Notes: a model not told the origin generated them from the letters alone. 64,000 bases of DNA from Candidatus Oxydemutator sp. (GCA_965203445.1 OZ241883.1:1824001-1888000), one strand, 5' to 3'; shown: positions 11,543-22,703, numbered from the stretch's first letter. Translations and numbers: made by a program.

Positions 11543-12229
11543 ATGGTAGAGGATATTCCCCAACACAGCGTCGTTCAGTTCGAGAAGGAAATCGAGGAGC
11601 TCAAAAACCTCGTGCTGCAAATGGGCGGCGCCGTCGAGCAGCGCCTGTCCAAGGTATTGACGGGCTTGATCGAGGGCGACGGCGCGCTGCTTCGCTGGGT
11701 CGCCGATTCCGACCGCGAGATCAACGTTCTCGAGCTGAATGTGGACGAGAAGTGCATCGGCATCCTGGCGCGTCGCCAGCCGGTGGCGCGCGATCTGCGC
11801 TTGGTCATCTCGATAGTGAAGATCATCACCGACCTCGAACGCATCGGCGACGAATGCGAGAACATCGCCAACCGCATGAAGGAATCCGATCTCGATTCGA
11901 TTCCGAGGGGCATATCGAGAACGGTAAGACACCTGGGGCAGAACGTCGTCGACATGCTGCACGTCGTGATGGACGCCTTCGCGCGTGTCGACTCCGGCCT
12001 GTCGCGCAAGGTGTTCGCGCGCGACAAGGAAGTGGACGAGGAATACACCTCGGTGCTGCGTCAGTTGATGACCTACGTGATGGAGGAGCCGCGCTACCTG
12101 CACCACGTGATGAACATCATATCGTGCGCGCGCTCGTTTGAGCGCATCGGCGATCACGTCAAAAACATCGGTGAATACACGATCTTCATGGTCGAGGCGC
12201 GCGACGTGCGCCACCGAAAGAGCCAGTAG
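11543..12229 (+). CDS. phoU: Phosphate signalling complex protein PhoU
   Basis: LARRQPVARDLR, TDLERIGD, SFERIGDHVKNIGEY, DVRH. Confidence 0.93.
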   Translation: MVEDIPQHSVVQFEKEIEELKNLVLQMGGAVEQRLSKVLTGLIEGDGALLRWVADSDREINVLELNVDEKCIGILARRQPVARDLRLVISIVKIITDLERIGDECENIANRMKESDLDSIPRGISRTVRHLGQNVVDMLHVVMDAFARVDSGLSRKVFARDKEVDEEYTSVLRQLMTYVMEEPRYLHHVMNIISCARSFERIGDHVKNIGEYTIFMVEARDVRHRKSQ

Positions 12230-12233
12230 GCCC

Positions 12234-12307
12234 ATCCTCTCCTAGGGGGAGAGGATTGCATTACAGGCCTGCGGGCGCTTTTTCCCAGAGAGGCGGGTGT
12301 GAGGGCC
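12234..12307. repeat. Degenerate copy of the CCCTCTCCC..GGGAGAGGG palindromic (REP-like) repeat
   Basis: Hairpin atcctctcc/ggagaggat followed by tgcattac, similar to the copy at 33267. Confidence 0.6.
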
Positions 12308-12330
12308 GTTCCGGCCTTGTACACCAGTAA

Positions 12331-12353
12331 GGGAACGCCCCCACGGCGTTCCC
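12331..12353. terminator. Hairpin between convergent phoU and argF
   Basis: 9-bp stem gggaacgcc/ggcgttccc; no clear U-tract. Confidence 0.4.
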
Positions 12354-12357
12354 GACT

Positions 12358-13269
12358 TCAGGCGTCGTCGCCGATCAGTGTTTCGAGCAGTGCTTTTTGT
12401 GCGTGCAGGCGGTTTTCGGCCTCCTCCCAGACGACGCTTTGCGGCCCTTCCAGAACTTCGGCGGTAACTTCCTCGCCGCGATGCGCCGGCAGGCAGTGCA
12501 TGAACAATGCGTCGTTGGCGGCGAGCTTCATCAGCGCCGCGTCCACCTGGTAACCCTGAAAGCTTTGCCGTCGCCGTTCGCGCTCTTCTTCCTGTCCCAT
12601 GCTGCTCCAGACGTCGGTTGCGACGAGGTCGGCGTTTTCGGCCGCTTCTTTCGGGGAGTCGGTCACACGCACGGCGGCACCGGCGGCGTCCAGTACGTCT
12701 TTGTCCGGCTCGAAGTCGCGTGGGCACGCGACGTTGAGCCGGAAACCGAATTGCGTCGCGGCGTTGATCCAGGAGTGGCACACGTTGTTGCCGTCGCCGA
12801 TCCAGGCCGCCAGGCGCCCGGCGACGGCGCCGCGTTTCTCGCGCCAGGTCAGCACGTCGGCCAGCAGCTGGCACGGGTGAAAGCGATCGGTCAGGCCGTT
12901 GATAACCGGCACCGCCGAGGCCGCGGCGAACGCGGTTATGCGCTCGTGGCCGAAGGTGCGGATCATGACCGCGTCCACCATCCGCGACAGCACGCGGGCG
13001 CCGTCCTCGAGCGGTTCGCCGCGCCCGATCTGGCTGTCGCGGCTCGCCAGGAAAATCGCGTGACCGCCGAGCTGGGCCATCGCCGTCTCGAACGAAACGC
13101 GCGTGCGCGTCGAGGATTTCTCGAAGATCATCGCCAGCGTCCTGTTGCGTAGCGGTTGCCCGGCGTCACCGCGTTTCATTTCTATCGCGCGTTCGATCAG
13201 CGCGCTCAGCTCCGCGCGGCTGAAGTCGTTCAGCGTCAGGAAGTGGCGGGGGGCGGGGGCTGTCGTCAT
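12358..13269 (-). CDS. argF: Ornithine carbamoyltransferase
   Basis: [48 protein letters not shown]. Confidence 0.95.
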   Translation of the reverse strand: MTTAPAPRHFLTLNDFSRAELSALIERAIEMKRGDAGQPLRNRTLAMIFEKSSTRTRVSFETAMAQLGGHAIFLASRDSQIGRGEPLEDGARVLSRMVDAVMIRTFGHERITAFAAASAVPVINGLTDRFHPCQLLADVLTWREKRGAVAGRLAAWIGDGNNVCHSWINAATQFGFRLNVACPRDFEPDKDVLDAAGAAVRVTDSPKEAAENADLVATDVWSSMGQEEERERRRQSFQGYQVDAALMKLAANDALFMHCLPAHRGEEVTAEVLEGPQSVVWEEAENRLHAQKALLETLIGDDA

Positions 13270-13286
13270 CGGGCGATTTTCCGCGG

Positions 13287-14471
13287 CTAGGCCTCGAACG
13301 CCCTGACCGCCGCCGCGAGGCGCTCGCTCAGATCGTCGGCCCGTTCCGCCTCTAATATAAGCGGCGGCATCAACCGGATTACGTTTTCTGCGGCGACGTT
13401 GATCAGGAGCCCTTGTTCCAGTGCGGTCTGCGCCAGGGATTTGCATGGCCGCTCGAGTTCGACGCCGATCAGCAGGCCGCGGCCGCGGATGTCCCGCACC
13501 GCGGAAACTCCGGTCAGCGCGGTGCGCAGGCTCTCGATCAAGCGTTCGCCGACGCGCTTGGCTCGCTCGTAAAGTTTTTCCCGTTGCATGGTCTCGATGA
13601 CCGCGAGCGCCGCGGCGCACGCCAGCGGATTGCCGCCGAAGGTCGAGCCGTGGGAGCCGGGCGTCAGGTGTCGCGCCGTTTCGCGCCGCGCGAGGCAGGC
13701 GCCGATCGGCACGCCGTTGCCGAGCGCCTTGGCCGTGGTCAGCAGGTCGGGCGCGATGCGCTCGTGCTCGAAACAATACCAAGCGCCGGTGCGACACAGG
13801 CCGGTCTGCACTTCGTCGAGTATCAGCAGCAGGCCGCGCTTGTCGCACAGTTCGCGCGTGGCTCGGAGGTAGCCGTCGGCGGGGACGCGCACGCCGTTCT
13901 CGCCCTGGATGGGTTCCAGCAGAACCGCGCACAGTGCGGGTGTCTTGTCGGCGAGTTTTTCGAGCGCGGCGGCGTCGCCGAACGGCACCTGGACAAAACC
14001 GGGCGCGCGCGGCGGCGGCGTATGGGGATTCTCGCCGAGCGGGTCGGTCGCGCTCCACGCGCCCAGGGTGCGTCCGTGGAAAGCGCCTTGCGCGACCGCG
14101 ATCAGCGGGTGGTCGTTGCCGCGCGCGCGCGCGGCGAGGCGCGCGATTTTGATCGCGGCCTCGACGGCCTCGGCGCCGGAGTTGCAGAAAAACGCGGCGT
14201 CGAGGCCGCTGATGCGGGCCAGCCGCGCGCCGAGTTCCTCCTGTGCCGCGACGCGGTAAAGGTTGGAGGTGTGCGTAACGCGCCGTGCCTGTTCGCACAC
14301 GGCCTCGGTCACCAGGGGGTGTGCGTGGCCGAGACCGCAGACCGCGATGCCGGCGGTGGCGTCGAGGTAGCGTCTGCCGTTTTCGTCCCACAGCCAGACG
14401 CCTTCGCCGCGCGTGAAGGCGATTGGCAGGCGCGCGTAGTTTTGTATCAGGCTGGCACCGGGGCCGTTCAT
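13287..14471 (-). CDS. argD: Acetylornithine aminotransferase
   Basis: [45 protein letters not shown]; adjacent to argF. Confidence 0.92.
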   Translation of the reverse strand: MNGPGASLIQNYARLPIAFTRGEGVWLWDENGRRYLDATAGIAVCGLGHAHPLVTEAVCEQARRVTHTSNLYRVAAQEELGARLARISGLDAAFFCNSGAEAVEAAIKIARLAARARGNDHPLIAVAQGAFHGRTLGAWSATDPLGENPHTPPPRAPGFVQVPFGDAAALEKLADKTPALCAVLLEPIQGENGVRVPADGYLRATRELCDKRGLLLILDEVQTGLCRTGAWYCFEHERIAPDLLTTAKALGNGVPIGACLARRETARHLTPGSHGSTFGGNPLACAAALAVIETMQREKLYERAKRVGERLIESLRTALTGVSAVRDIRGRGLLIGVELERPCKSLAQTALEQGLLINVAAENVIRLMPPLILEAERADDLSERLAAAVRAFEA

Positions 14472-16166
14472 TCAGACGAGGCCAAGTTCCTTGAGCTTGC
14501 CGCAGATCGAATTCACCAGTTCCTGCGGGGCCGCGGTCGCAGTGTCCACCGTGATCTCGGGATCGGTCGGTACCTCGTAGGGGTCGGTGACTCCGGTGAA
14601 GTGTTCGATCAGGCCGCGCCGCGCCATCGAATAAAAGCCTTTTACGTCGCGCGCCTCGCAGACTTCAATCGGCGTATTGACGTAGACCTCGACGTAGGCG
14701 CCGTAGCGCGAGATCAACCCGCGATTGACGCGACGGTCGGCCTCGTAGGGTGCGATCGGCGCGCAGATCGCGATGCCGCCGTTTTTTGTGATCTCGTTTG
14801 CGACGAAGCCGATGCGCCGGATGTTCAGCGAACGGTGCTCCTTCGAGAAACCCAGTTCGCTGGACAAGTTGGCGCGCACGACGTCGCCGTCCAGCAGCGT
14901 CACCCATCGCTTGCCGTGCTCCAGCTCCAGCAGCCTGGTCATCAGCAATTTGGCGAGCGTCGTTTTGCCGGCGCCGGAAAGGCCCGTGAAGAACACCGTG
15001 AAGCCGCGGTTTTTCATCGGAGGGTAGGTGCGGCGCAGGATCCTGGCGACGGCCGGCGGCGTGAACCACTCGGGCAGCTTCTCGCCCTTGTCCAGCATCT
15101 CGCGCATTTTGGTGCCGGAGATTTTCAGCACGTCCGCGCGGGTTTCGGCGTCCGTTTCGGTCGTGATGACGTATTTGCGCTTGCGGGCGTCGTACGCGAT
15201 TTCCTTGAACGGCACCGGTTGAATGCCGATCTCGTCGGCGTGGCGGGTGAACAATTCCTGCGCCTCAAACGGTTCGTAGAACGCCTCGCCGCGTTTGCCT
15301 TTGCTTGGGCCCGCGTGGTCGCGGCCGACGATGAAGTGGGTACAGCCGTAGTTTTTGCGAATCAGCCCGTGCCACAGCGCCTCGCGCGGACCGGCCATGC
15401 GCATCGCCAGCGGCAGCAGCGATATCGCGACGCGCTCCCGGGGGTATTCGCCCAACACCGCGCGGTAGCAGTGCAGGCGGGTGTGGTAGTCAACGTCGTT
15501 TGCCTGGGTGATGCCGGCCACCGGGTGGATCAACAGCCCGGCGTCGGCGTCGCGCATCGCACGCTTCGTCAACTCGACGTGCGCCCAGTGCATCGGATTG
15601 CGCGTCTGGAAAGCGACGACCCGATCCCACCCTTTTTTCTTGAACAGTCGTTTGAGCTGCGCCGGCGTGTGCCGGTATTGCGGGTAGCCCACGTGGTGTG
15701 GCTGGCCCACGTTTTGTATCGTGCCGCCGAGATACGTCGGGTGGCCGTCGTGCAGCAAATGGTGCACGCCGGGGTGCGACTCGTCGAGCGTTCCGTATAC
15801 CGCCTCCGCCTCGCGCCGCAAATCGGGTCTCCAGATATCCTCGACGGTCATGACCGCCAGCACTATGCTTTCCTCGTCGCGCAACGTGATCCTGTCGCCC
15901 GGCGTCAGCGTTTCGGCGAACTTCGGCGTTACGTCGAGCGTGATCGGTATCGGCCACAGGCCGCCGTCGGTCAGGCGCATATCGGACACGACGCTTCGGT
16001 AATCGCTCTCGCAAAGAAAACCGGTCAGCGGCGCGAACGCGCCGTTCATCAGCAATTCGACGTCGCACTGCTGGCGCAGCGTCATTTTCCACGGCGGCAG
16101 GTGCAGGACTTCGCGTAGCGTCGCGGCGTCCCGGTCGGCGACGGGCAGGGGAGTATGGTCTGGCAT
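14472..16166 (-). CDS. sat: Bifunctional sulfate adenylyltransferase/adenylylsulfate kinase (Sat-CysC)
   Basis: [28 protein letters not shown], then [11 protein letters not shown] and [16 protein letters not shown]. Confidence 0.92.
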   Translation of the reverse strand: MPDHTPLPVADRDAATLREVLHLPPWKMTLRQQCDVELLMNGAFAPLTGFLCESDYRSVVSDMRLTDGGLWPIPITLDVTPKFAETLTPGDRITLRDEESIVLAVMTVEDIWRPDLRREAEAVYGTLDESHPGVHHLLHDGHPTYLGGTIQNVGQPHHVGYPQYRHTPAQLKRLFKKKGWDRVVAFQTRNPMHWAHVELTKRAMRDADAGLLIHPVAGITQANDVDYHTRLHCYRAVLGEYPRERVAISLLPLAMRMAGPREALWHGLIRKNYGCTHFIVGRDHAGPSKGKRGEAFYEPFEAQELFTRHADEIGIQPVPFKEIAYDARKRKYVITTETDAETRADVLKISGTKMREMLDKGEKLPEWFTPPAVARILRRTYPPMKNRGFTVFFTGLSGAGKTTLAKLLMTRLLELEHGKRWVTLLDGDVVRANLSSELGFSKEHRSLNIRRIGFVANEITKNGGIAICAPIAPYEADRRVNRGLISRYGAYVEVYVNTPIEVCEARDVKGFYSMARRGLIEHFTGVTDPYEVPTDPEITVDTATAAPQELVNSICGKLKELGLV

Positions 16167-16236
16167 CGGGTGACGAGTTGCAAGACCGATCATTTTATCA
16201 TGCCGGCTGGCGATGGCGGGAGCATGGGAAATGGTG

Positions 16237-17704
16237 TGTAAAGCCAAAGCACAAATGTCCTATTCTTTCCAAAGCACAGATGTCCTATTGCTGGCAGGGC
16301 TTAGCGCTTTCAGGATCCCCCCGCCAGCGTCTCCACGGGTGATCCGGCGCCGGCTTACGGCCTGAACCGCAGCCCCGCCTGGCTACCACCTCATCCACCA
16401 CGGAAGGCAATCGTTTTGCGTCCACTGGCGCCGCCGGTGCCTCGCCCAGACGATATACCTTGTAGGGCAGTTCGCGCCCCTTGTAGAGCAATACGATCTC
16501 CCCGTCGCGGTGTTCGCACACCGTTACCCGCGCACCGCGCAAAGAGTAACTGGGCGATTTCACTTGCAGCAGGTATTGGCAGTTCTGGTATTGGCACCTC
16601 AGGTCCTTCGACAAAATCCTTTGGGACTGCTTGGACAATACCAGTTTCATCTCCCTCTCGTCCTGGAAGCATTCCCGGTGCGCGTCGTCGGCATCGGTGG
16701 GGGTTTGGGCAAACTGCTCGTTGAACACCTCGCGGTAGCCTTCGAGAAAGGAGTTGGCCTGTTCCATCGTCGAGATGTCCTTCAGCCGCAATTCCTTGAC
16801 CAGACGATCCTGCACGGTCTTGAACAAGCGTTCTATGCGTCCCTTTGCCTGCGGCGTATTCGCGCACATCGGCTCTATGTCCAGCTGCTTCATGGCCCTT
16901 GCAAACTGGGTGTCTTCGTGCAACCGATGCTTCTCCTGGGCGTTGACCCGAAAGATACTGTGGCGGTCGGAGTAAATAAATAGCGGCCTGCCGTAGCGCT
17001 CCAGGTGGCGGTGCATGCTCTCGAAGTAATCAAAGGTCGTCTCCGACTGGCAAAAACGCCATTCGGTTACCGCCGAAGTGGCGTCGTCTATGAACGCTAT
17101 CAGAGTGCAGGCAGCGGCGCGCTTCTCGAACCATTCGTGCGCGCTGCCATCTACCTGGATCAACTCCCCAAAGCGCCGGCACCGCGGGCGCGGCGGGTGC
17201 ACACGCGGCGCGTGGCGGCGGCGCTGCTTCCACAATCCATCCTTTATCATCCAGCCCCGCAACGTCTCGCTGCTGAAGCCCCGGGAAAACTCATGACTAT
17301 GGTGCTGGCACAGCTTCTCATGCGCAAAGGTAGGCCCAAAGTCGGCATAGTGCTCGCGTATCAACTCCAGCGCGCGACGGCGCACGCTCGCGGGCACGCG
17401 ATTGTTCGGCGGCACCGCGCGGCGCCTGGATATCAACGCCCGCACACCGCACTGCCTATACCCCCGCAGCAAACGCCGCAAGTGGCGCTCGCACACTCCC
17501 ATCTCTACAGCCGCTTGAGACTGTGTGATGCGCTTCGACGCGGCCTTCTCGAGCACCGACAAACGCTCTATTTCCTTGTGCGACATAGTCCACTTCTCCT
17601 GGTTCATGGCATCTCCCGCCCGCAAGGGCTGTGAAAATGCCGCATTGTGTCCGATTAGGACATCTGTGCTTTGGAGAATAGGACATTACTGCTTTGGGCT
17701 AACA
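16237..17704 (-). mobile_element. Complete IS1202-family (ISNCY-type) insertion sequence with 15-bp target-site duplication
   Basis: Ends TGTAAAGCCAAAGCACAAATGTCCTATT and AATAGGACATTACTGCTTTGGGCTAACA, each with two copies of a ccaaagca...atgtccta motif. Flanking direct repeat gcatgggaaatggtg at 16222-16236 and 17705-17719. Confidence 0.92.
16285..17607 (-). CDS. DDE transposase (IS1202/ISNCY family)
   Basis: HTH N-terminus, YADFGPTFAHEKL, GELIQVDGSAHEWFE, IDDATS, YSDRHSIF, PQAKGRIER..TVQDRL.KELRL, KPAPDHPW. Confidence 0.93.
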   Translation of the reverse strand: MNQEKWTMSHKEIERLSVLEKAASKRITQSQAAVEMGVCERHLRRLLRGYRQCGVRALISRRRAVPPNNRVPASVRRRALELIREHYADFGPTFAHEKLCQHHSHEFSRGFSSETLRGWMIKDGLWKQRRRHAPRVHPPRPRCRRFGELIQVDGSAHEWFEKRAAACTLIAFIDDATSAVTEWRFCQSETTFDYFESMHRHLERYGRPLFIYSDRHSIFRVNAQEKHRLHEDTQFARAMKQLDIEPMCANTPQAKGRIERLFKTVQDRLVKELRLKDISTMEQANSFLEGYREVFNEQFAQTPTDADDAHRECFQDEREMKLVLSKQSQRILSKDLRCQYQNCQYLLQVKSPSYSLRGARVTVCEHRDGEIVLLYKGRELPYKVYRLGEAPAAPVDAKRLPSVVDEVVARRGCGSGRKPAPDHPWRRWRGDPESAKPCQQ

Positions 17705-17738
17705 GCATGGGAAATGGTGTGGATGCTTCGCGCTTTGT

Positions 17739-18941
17739 TCACTGCTTCTTGCCGTACAGGAATTGTGCGACTCTTGCCGTTCTCTCCCATCCCTCGATGC
17801 GAACGCCGCGGCGAAGCCGCGTTTCCCTGCCGCCGTGGACGAGCCGCCCGGTGTTTGAAATTTTGCGCTGCTCGATCCAGAAATCGAGATGCCTGAATTT
17901 GCCGGCGTCGAGCGTCAGTCCCGACGTAATCTCCATGGGGATGAGGTCGCCGCCTCTGGCGACGACAAGATCAATCTCGCGCCCCGAATGATCGCGCCAG
18001 AAATAGAAGTCCGGCGACCGGCCGCGGTTGTACGCCGCTTTTGCAAGCTCGACGATCACCCAATTCTCGAACAGGGCGCCGCGCATCTTGTGGCGCGATA
18101 CGTCGTTCGGCGAACCGATGGAAAGCAGATTTGCCGCCAGGCCGGTGTCGTAAAAATAGATTTTGGGGGCTTTGATTTCACGCTTCCCGACGTTTGTATG
18201 GTACGGTTGGAGCAGAAAGACAATATAGGAAGTTTCGAGTACGGAAATCCACGAATTGGCGGTGTTGGGAGAAATGCCGACTTTGGCCGCGAGCGACGAA
18301 AAATTGACTATTCCGCCTATGCTATGAGCACACAAACGCAAAAACGTGCGAAACGCCCTCAGGTCCCGCAGCTTGGCGATTTGGCTTACGTAACGCTGAA
18401 CGTAGGTCCTGATGTAGTTTCGATACCAGACGGAAGGGTCAACTTTGCGGTCGTGAATCGGCGGATACAGGCCCGTGTACAGCACTTCATCGAGAGACGG
18501 CGGATTGTCGCCGTACGCCTCGTCGTAACTGAAGGGAAGCAAGTCCAGAATCGCCACACGTCCGGCGAGCGATTGGGTGATTTTTGAGATCAGTTGGAAG
18601 TTCCGCGATCCGGTCAGAATGAACCTGCCCATCTTGGGAGACTGGTCCAAAACTCCCTGCAAGTAAGAGAATAATTCGGGGCAACGCTGAACCTCGTCGA
18701 AGATCGCGCCGTCCGGGCATCCGGCGAGAAAGCTGCGCGGGTCGGAAAGCGCAAATTCCCTGTCGTCGGGATTTTCCATCGAAAAGTAGCGGAGATGGCC
18801 GAAGGCCTCGCGCACGAAGGTCGTCTTTCCGCTTTGACGCGGCCCTGTGACCACAACGGCGGGATGCTTGCTCGCCACCCGTTTTGCGGCCGCGGCGATA
18901 TGCCTGTTTATTATTTGGATACCCTCTCTGGCCCGGTTCAC
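17739..18941 (-). CDS. AAA_14 + DUF4143 ATP-binding protein
   Basis: TGPRQSGKT, FDEVQR, ILTGS, KAPKIYFYDTG, GALFENWV, EIDLV. Start uncertain. Confidence 0.88.
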   Translation of the reverse strand: MNRAREGIQIINRHIAAAAKRVASKHPAVVVTGPRQSGKTTFVREAFGHLRYFSMENPDDREFALSDPRSFLAGCPDGAIFDEVQRCPELFSYLQGVLDQSPKMGRFILTGSRNFQLISKITQSLAGRVAILDLLPFSYDEAYGDNPPSLDEVLYTGLYPPIHDRKVDPSVWYRNYIRTYVQRYVSQIAKLRDLRAFRTFLRLCAHSIGGIVNFSSLAAKVGISPNTANSWISVLETSYIVFLLQPYHTNVGKREIKAPKIYFYDTGLAANLLSIGSPNDVSRHKMRGALFENWVIVELAKAAYNRGRSPDFYFWRDHSGREIDLVVARGGDLIPMEITSGLTLDAGKFRHLDFWIEQRKISNTGRLVHGGRETRLRRGVRIEGWERTARVAQFLYGKKQ

Positions 18942-19142
18942 GAAGAGTGTGATACGCCATGATAATTGTCAATAAGTTAGATGATATATCGCAGTATTAT
19001 CCATGATAACTCGCATTACACGGCGAGAGAAATAAGCATAAGTAGTTGTCTTTTCATAGTAATATATAGAATCTTACGTGTCTTCAGCAGAAGTAGAATG
19101 GTTTGAGAGGCGAGGGAAGTGTATTGGGCGGTAAAAGCCAGG

Positions 19143-20150
19143 TCAGTGACCATGCCTCTCGTCGTGGTAGAAGGGCAGGCGGCGTCTGCCGAATGCATAG
19201 GAGACGTACGCGAGAAACTCCATCAGACTTTTGACGAGTTTTGCGAAATAGTATCTTGAGAAGACGGCCGGCGGAAGATACAGGATGATCTTGGGGACAT
19301 GCGTAAGAAACTTCAGCGCGTAGGCTGCCCGTTTTTTCTTCCTCCTGGCGAAGTACAACCGGGAATATGCGCTCCTGTATCTTATTTTGGCGTAGTATCG
19401 CAAGGTCGTTCTGCTTTCGGGAATGACGTGGTGTACCACGCCGGTTTCGGTCCCATAGTAGCGGATCAGTTTCGCGCCGTTGTTCCGCGCACGAGCAAAA
19501 AAATCCGTTTCCTCGCCCCCGCTAAGATTGTACTTCGGGTCAAAGCGCAGATTCATATCCTTGTAGATCCGTTCCGATAACAAAAAGTTGTTTCCGCAAA
19601 TGCTCGTCGTTTCCACCGCCCGTCGCTCCGATGTTTTGGAGACGGCGTTGCGGACTTTTGTCCGCCATCCGAACTTAGGGGTGTTGGGATCGCCCCACGG
19701 AATTTTTCCGTGACGGCTTACGTCGTTTACGGTTTTTGCCCCGCATACGTCGGCACCGTATTCTTCCAATGCCGAGTGGATCTCAGCAAGCCAGGTCTTT
19801 CCGACCGTCTGGTCGTCGTCCAGACACGCGAGATAGCGGGCGCCGTCGGCGACGGCGGTTTCTATCAGTCGGTTGAATGCGTTGCACAGGCCGCGTTCCG
19901 GGACGACGATGTACTGCACCTTGATGGGCGACTGGCGGGCAAAATCCTGCACTGTTTTGCGGGCGCTTTCCTTGGCGTCGTTATCGGCGACCGCCAGCGA
20001 CGCTGTCCCCGGCAGTTCGAGGCACCCGATGGAATGCAGCAGATCCTTCAACATCAGCGGGCGCATGTAGGTCTTGACGCCTATCAGAAACTCGACGACG
20101 CCGATACTTTCCGGGCGATTCAAAACGGTGTCTTTCATTCTGTCATCCAT
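19143..20150 (-). CDS. Glycosyltransferase family 2
   Basis: KTYMRP, VADND, CLDDD, WLAE, FDPKYNLSGGEETDFF. Confidence 0.8.
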   Translation of the reverse strand: MDDRMKDTVLNRPESIGVVEFLIGVKTYMRPLMLKDLLHSIGCLELPGTASLAVADNDAKESARKTVQDFARQSPIKVQYIVVPERGLCNAFNRLIETAVADGARYLACLDDDQTVGKTWLAEIHSALEEYGADVCGAKTVNDVSRHGKIPWGDPNTPKFGWRTKVRNAVSKTSERRAVETTSICGNNFLLSERIYKDMNLRFDPKYNLSGGEETDFFARARNNGAKLIRYYGTETGVVHHVIPESRTTLRYYAKIRYRSAYSRLYFARRKKKRAAYALKFLTHVPKIILYLPPAVFSRYYFAKLVKSLMEFLAYVSYAFGRRRLPFYHDERHGH

Positions 20151-20223
20151 TCGCCCGTCTCATCGGATAGCAGGTCATGCGAGGCTCGGCGGTTTTCATG
20201 CTTTCGCGGCGAACGCGGGATTT

Positions 20224-21207
20224 TCAACAGCGCACCGGAGGGGTTCCCGCGGCACTTGCGGCTTCGGGATTCGCGGGCAGATTGGCGGTGGCTTCCAGGT
20301 ATCTGGTGGCGAGCAGGCATTCCTCTTCGAGCAGGCAGGCTATTTCCTGAACGGCGGGGAATAAGACCCCCATTCTTTCGCAATAATATCCGTCAGCCAC
20401 CTTCTGTAGCAGGAAGTTGCTCGACGGATAGGCAAATTGAAAGTTGCCAAAGTCCGCGTCTTTGGCGACGGCTGTTTTTTCGGCCAGGATAAGAGCGGCG
20501 GCGTTCAGAGGATTGGAATCATGACCCCACGGTTCGTTGACCAGTATGTTGAAGCCGTTTCTTTCCAAGGCCGTGGGCAAATTTTTGACGTACCCGTGAT
20601 GGAGCATTCTTTGCCGTTGCTCGTCGCAGGCGAGTTCCCAGGATGGTTCTATGAGCAAGGCATATTTTCGGGTGACTCTGTTAAGCTCCCGGCAGATAGT
20701 ATCTTCCATGCCTCCGTTGGGTTCGATGGCATGGTGGGTCATGACCAGGTCCGTGGAGTTTTCAGCCAGCGAGATTCCGGTCAAGTTGGAGGTGAACAAC
20801 CTGGGCATTCGCACTTTTTTATCCCGCAGGAACGACTTGGCATATAGCAGCCTGCTGATGGAAATATCGAAAGCGGCAAACTCTATGTCTTCCCTCGTAC
20901 AGTTTGGAACCACGTTCGCCAGGATGGTCGCCTCTCCCGTGCCCGCGTCCAAAACCGTGCCGGGCGATATTTCCTCTATAAATCGGGCAATTTTTTTCCC
21001 CGATTCACGATAGGCATGCCTGATTGACTCGGAATTGCAATAATCTTTTGTGTAGGAACCAGCCTGTATATCGTAGGACAACGCAATTCTGTCCTCCAGA
21101 CTTACATCGTGCTCTTTGTGCTTTTCGAGATATTCGATAAGGTTGGCACGTCGAGAATACAAGGCCTTGCATTGCTCGACCAAGCCTTTGATATTTTTCA
21201 TTTGCAC
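20224..21207 (-). CDS. Class I SAM-dependent methyltransferase with a Trm112-like C-terminal segment
   Basis: SYDIQAGSY, VLDAGTGEAT, FDISISR, HAIEPNGG, C-terminal FPAVQEIACL. Confidence 0.8.
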   Translation of the reverse strand: MQMKNIKGLVEQCKALYSRRANLIEYLEKHKEHDVSLEDRIALSYDIQAGSYTKDYCNSESIRHAYRESGKKIARFIEEISPGTVLDAGTGEATILANVVPNCTREDIEFAAFDISISRLLYAKSFLRDKKVRMPRLFTSNLTGISLAENSTDLVMTHHAIEPNGGMEDTICRELNRVTRKYALLIEPSWELACDEQRQRMLHHGYVKNLPTALERNGFNILVNEPWGHDSNPLNAAALILAEKTAVAKDADFGNFQFAYPSSNFLLQKVADGYYCERMGVLFPAVQEIACLLEEECLLATRYLEATANLPANPEAASAAGTPPVRC

Positions 21208-22643
21208 GTCAACCCGGCGCTCCGTGCGTCGTCTTCGGGATTATCACGGTTCGGCTGGTCGGGAGAAACATTCGGCGATCCAACTCGTGCGGCCGGAGAT
21301 CGGTCGCGCACAAGGCCCGTATGACGACCCGTGTGCACAATCGCATTGATTACATTGGCCAGAGCACGTCCATTTTCTTCCCCGGATATGTTTCTGACCA
21401 ACTCTTTGTACCTGTAGTCCACGTTGGTTATTACGTCGACTGCGTTGTGCAGCAGGTGCGCGTATGCCTGCTCAAACTCCTCATGCGAGAAGTTGATCGC
21501 CATAATGTCCTCAAGCGTCAAATCCCGGCGATAGGAGACGACGCCCGGAAAATTTTTATAGGGCGCATTGCCGAAAATCAGCACCCGCTTGCCGAAACTC
21601 AAGGCGTCCAAACCAACGCTGCCCGTTATGGTAGAGACGAATCTGCATCGTTCGATCAGATCATAAGTGTCGGTTTCTTTGCTGACGTAGTGCAGATTGG
21701 GGATCTTCGCCAGTCTGCTGTAGAACAAGCGCCCACGCGAATGAAACGTCTGATAAGGATGCTCTTTGACGACGATGGGCCAGTCGTACGGCAACAACAA
21801 TCGCAGGCATTCAAGCGCCAATGCCTGATCGACAAAGATACCGCCGAGGCTGGTAGTGCTGAGCTCGGGCTGAAGGTGCAACGCAAAATAGACGAAATTT
21901 TCCGAGGGCGGATGCTGCGCCAGGAATTGCCGGTAGTTCTTTTTGAATCTTGCATTTCTGGCCAAGGCCTGCAAGCGGTGGAGAAACAGGTTCAGGTTGT
22001 GTCTGAAAAAGGCCGCCGAGATCAGTTTGACAAACAAGTTTGTCTTGATCGGCTTGTTCAGATAGTGATATTTCTTTCGGTAGTTTCTTTCCAGCTTGAC
22101 TGGATCAATCTCCGTTTTGCCGACGTCCAGCGAACCGATGTTTTCGATATCGTCCATGACAAGCGACTTGCCGTGTACCGGTGCAGGTAGAAACACGTAG
22201 GTTTTGACGCCCAGGGCTTTGGCGACCAGATAGAGAAGATAGTCGGCATGATGAGGGACTACCTCGAAGAACACGTAGTGAATGTCGTTCGACTTCAGCA
22301 GGTCAATGTAGAAGTGGATATAGACGTGGAAGGCGTCCATCATGTCTATGTAGTCGTTGGCTCCGTAGAGAACGGGGCGGCGGCAGTACATGTTCAGGAA
22401 AGTGTCCATGTGCTTTCTGATGGCCGGATATATTTCGAGAAACTCTTCGCGGTAGCGGTAGTTGATTTTCAGCCGATTCTTTTTGAAGAGCAGCGAGCGG
22501 TAGAAGTCCTCGCGCGCCAGCGTCGTGACCTTGTTTTTCTTTCTGCCGATCCATACTTTGATGTCAATCTCGTCGTCGAGATATTTGTGAACATCACTCG
22601 TATGCCATTGGGAAAAATCGTTGAGCAGGATGTTTTTGGGCAT
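21198..22643 (-). CDS. Capsule polysaccharide biosynthesis protein (Capsule_synth/KpsS-like)
   Basis: YFALHLQPELST, VVKEHP, VSTITGSVGLDAL..GKRVLIFG.A.Y. Confidence 0.8.
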   Translation of the reverse strand: MPKNILLNDFSQWHTSDVHKYLDDEIDIKVWIGRKKNKVTTLAREDFYRSLLFKKNRLKINYRYREEFLEIYPAIRKHMDTFLNMYCRRPVLYGANDYIDMMDAFHVYIHFYIDLLKSNDIHYVFFEVVPHHADYLLYLVAKALGVKTYVFLPAPVHGKSLVMDDIENIGSLDVGKTEIDPVKLERNYRKKYHYLNKPIKTNLFVKLISAAFFRHNLNLFLHRLQALARNARFKKNYRQFLAQHPPSENFVYFALHLQPELSTTSLGGIFVDQALALECLRLLLPYDWPIVVKEHPYQTFHSRGRLFYSRLAKIPNLHYVSKETDTYDLIERCRFVSTITGSVGLDALSFGKRVLIFGNAPYKNFPGVVSYRRDLTLEDIMAINFSHEEFEQAYAHLLHNAVDVITNVDYRYKELVRNISGEENGRALANVINAIVHTGRHTGLVRDRSPAARVGSPNVSPDQPNRDNPEDDARSAGLTCK

Positions 22644-22703
22644 TTTCGCTGTTGGTGTGCCGAGATTTGTCGAGGCTCGCCAGGGTTTGCAGGAGTTCGC
22701 CGG

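Noticed and set aside
11543-12229. phoU without pstSCAB as a novelty
   Set aside because: Stand-alone phoU genes are common.
12358-14391. 677-aa ORF suggesting an N-terminally extended ArgF
   Set aside because: The upstream part is an Arg-rich alternative frame of argD; ArgF starts at 13269.
13413-16118. 901-aa plus-strand ORF, and similar long ORFs such as 56659-58479, 58910-60637, 61652-63244, 49464-51131 and 54089-55393
   Set aside because: Antisense shadows of well-supported genes in high-GC DNA, with no recognisable motifs.
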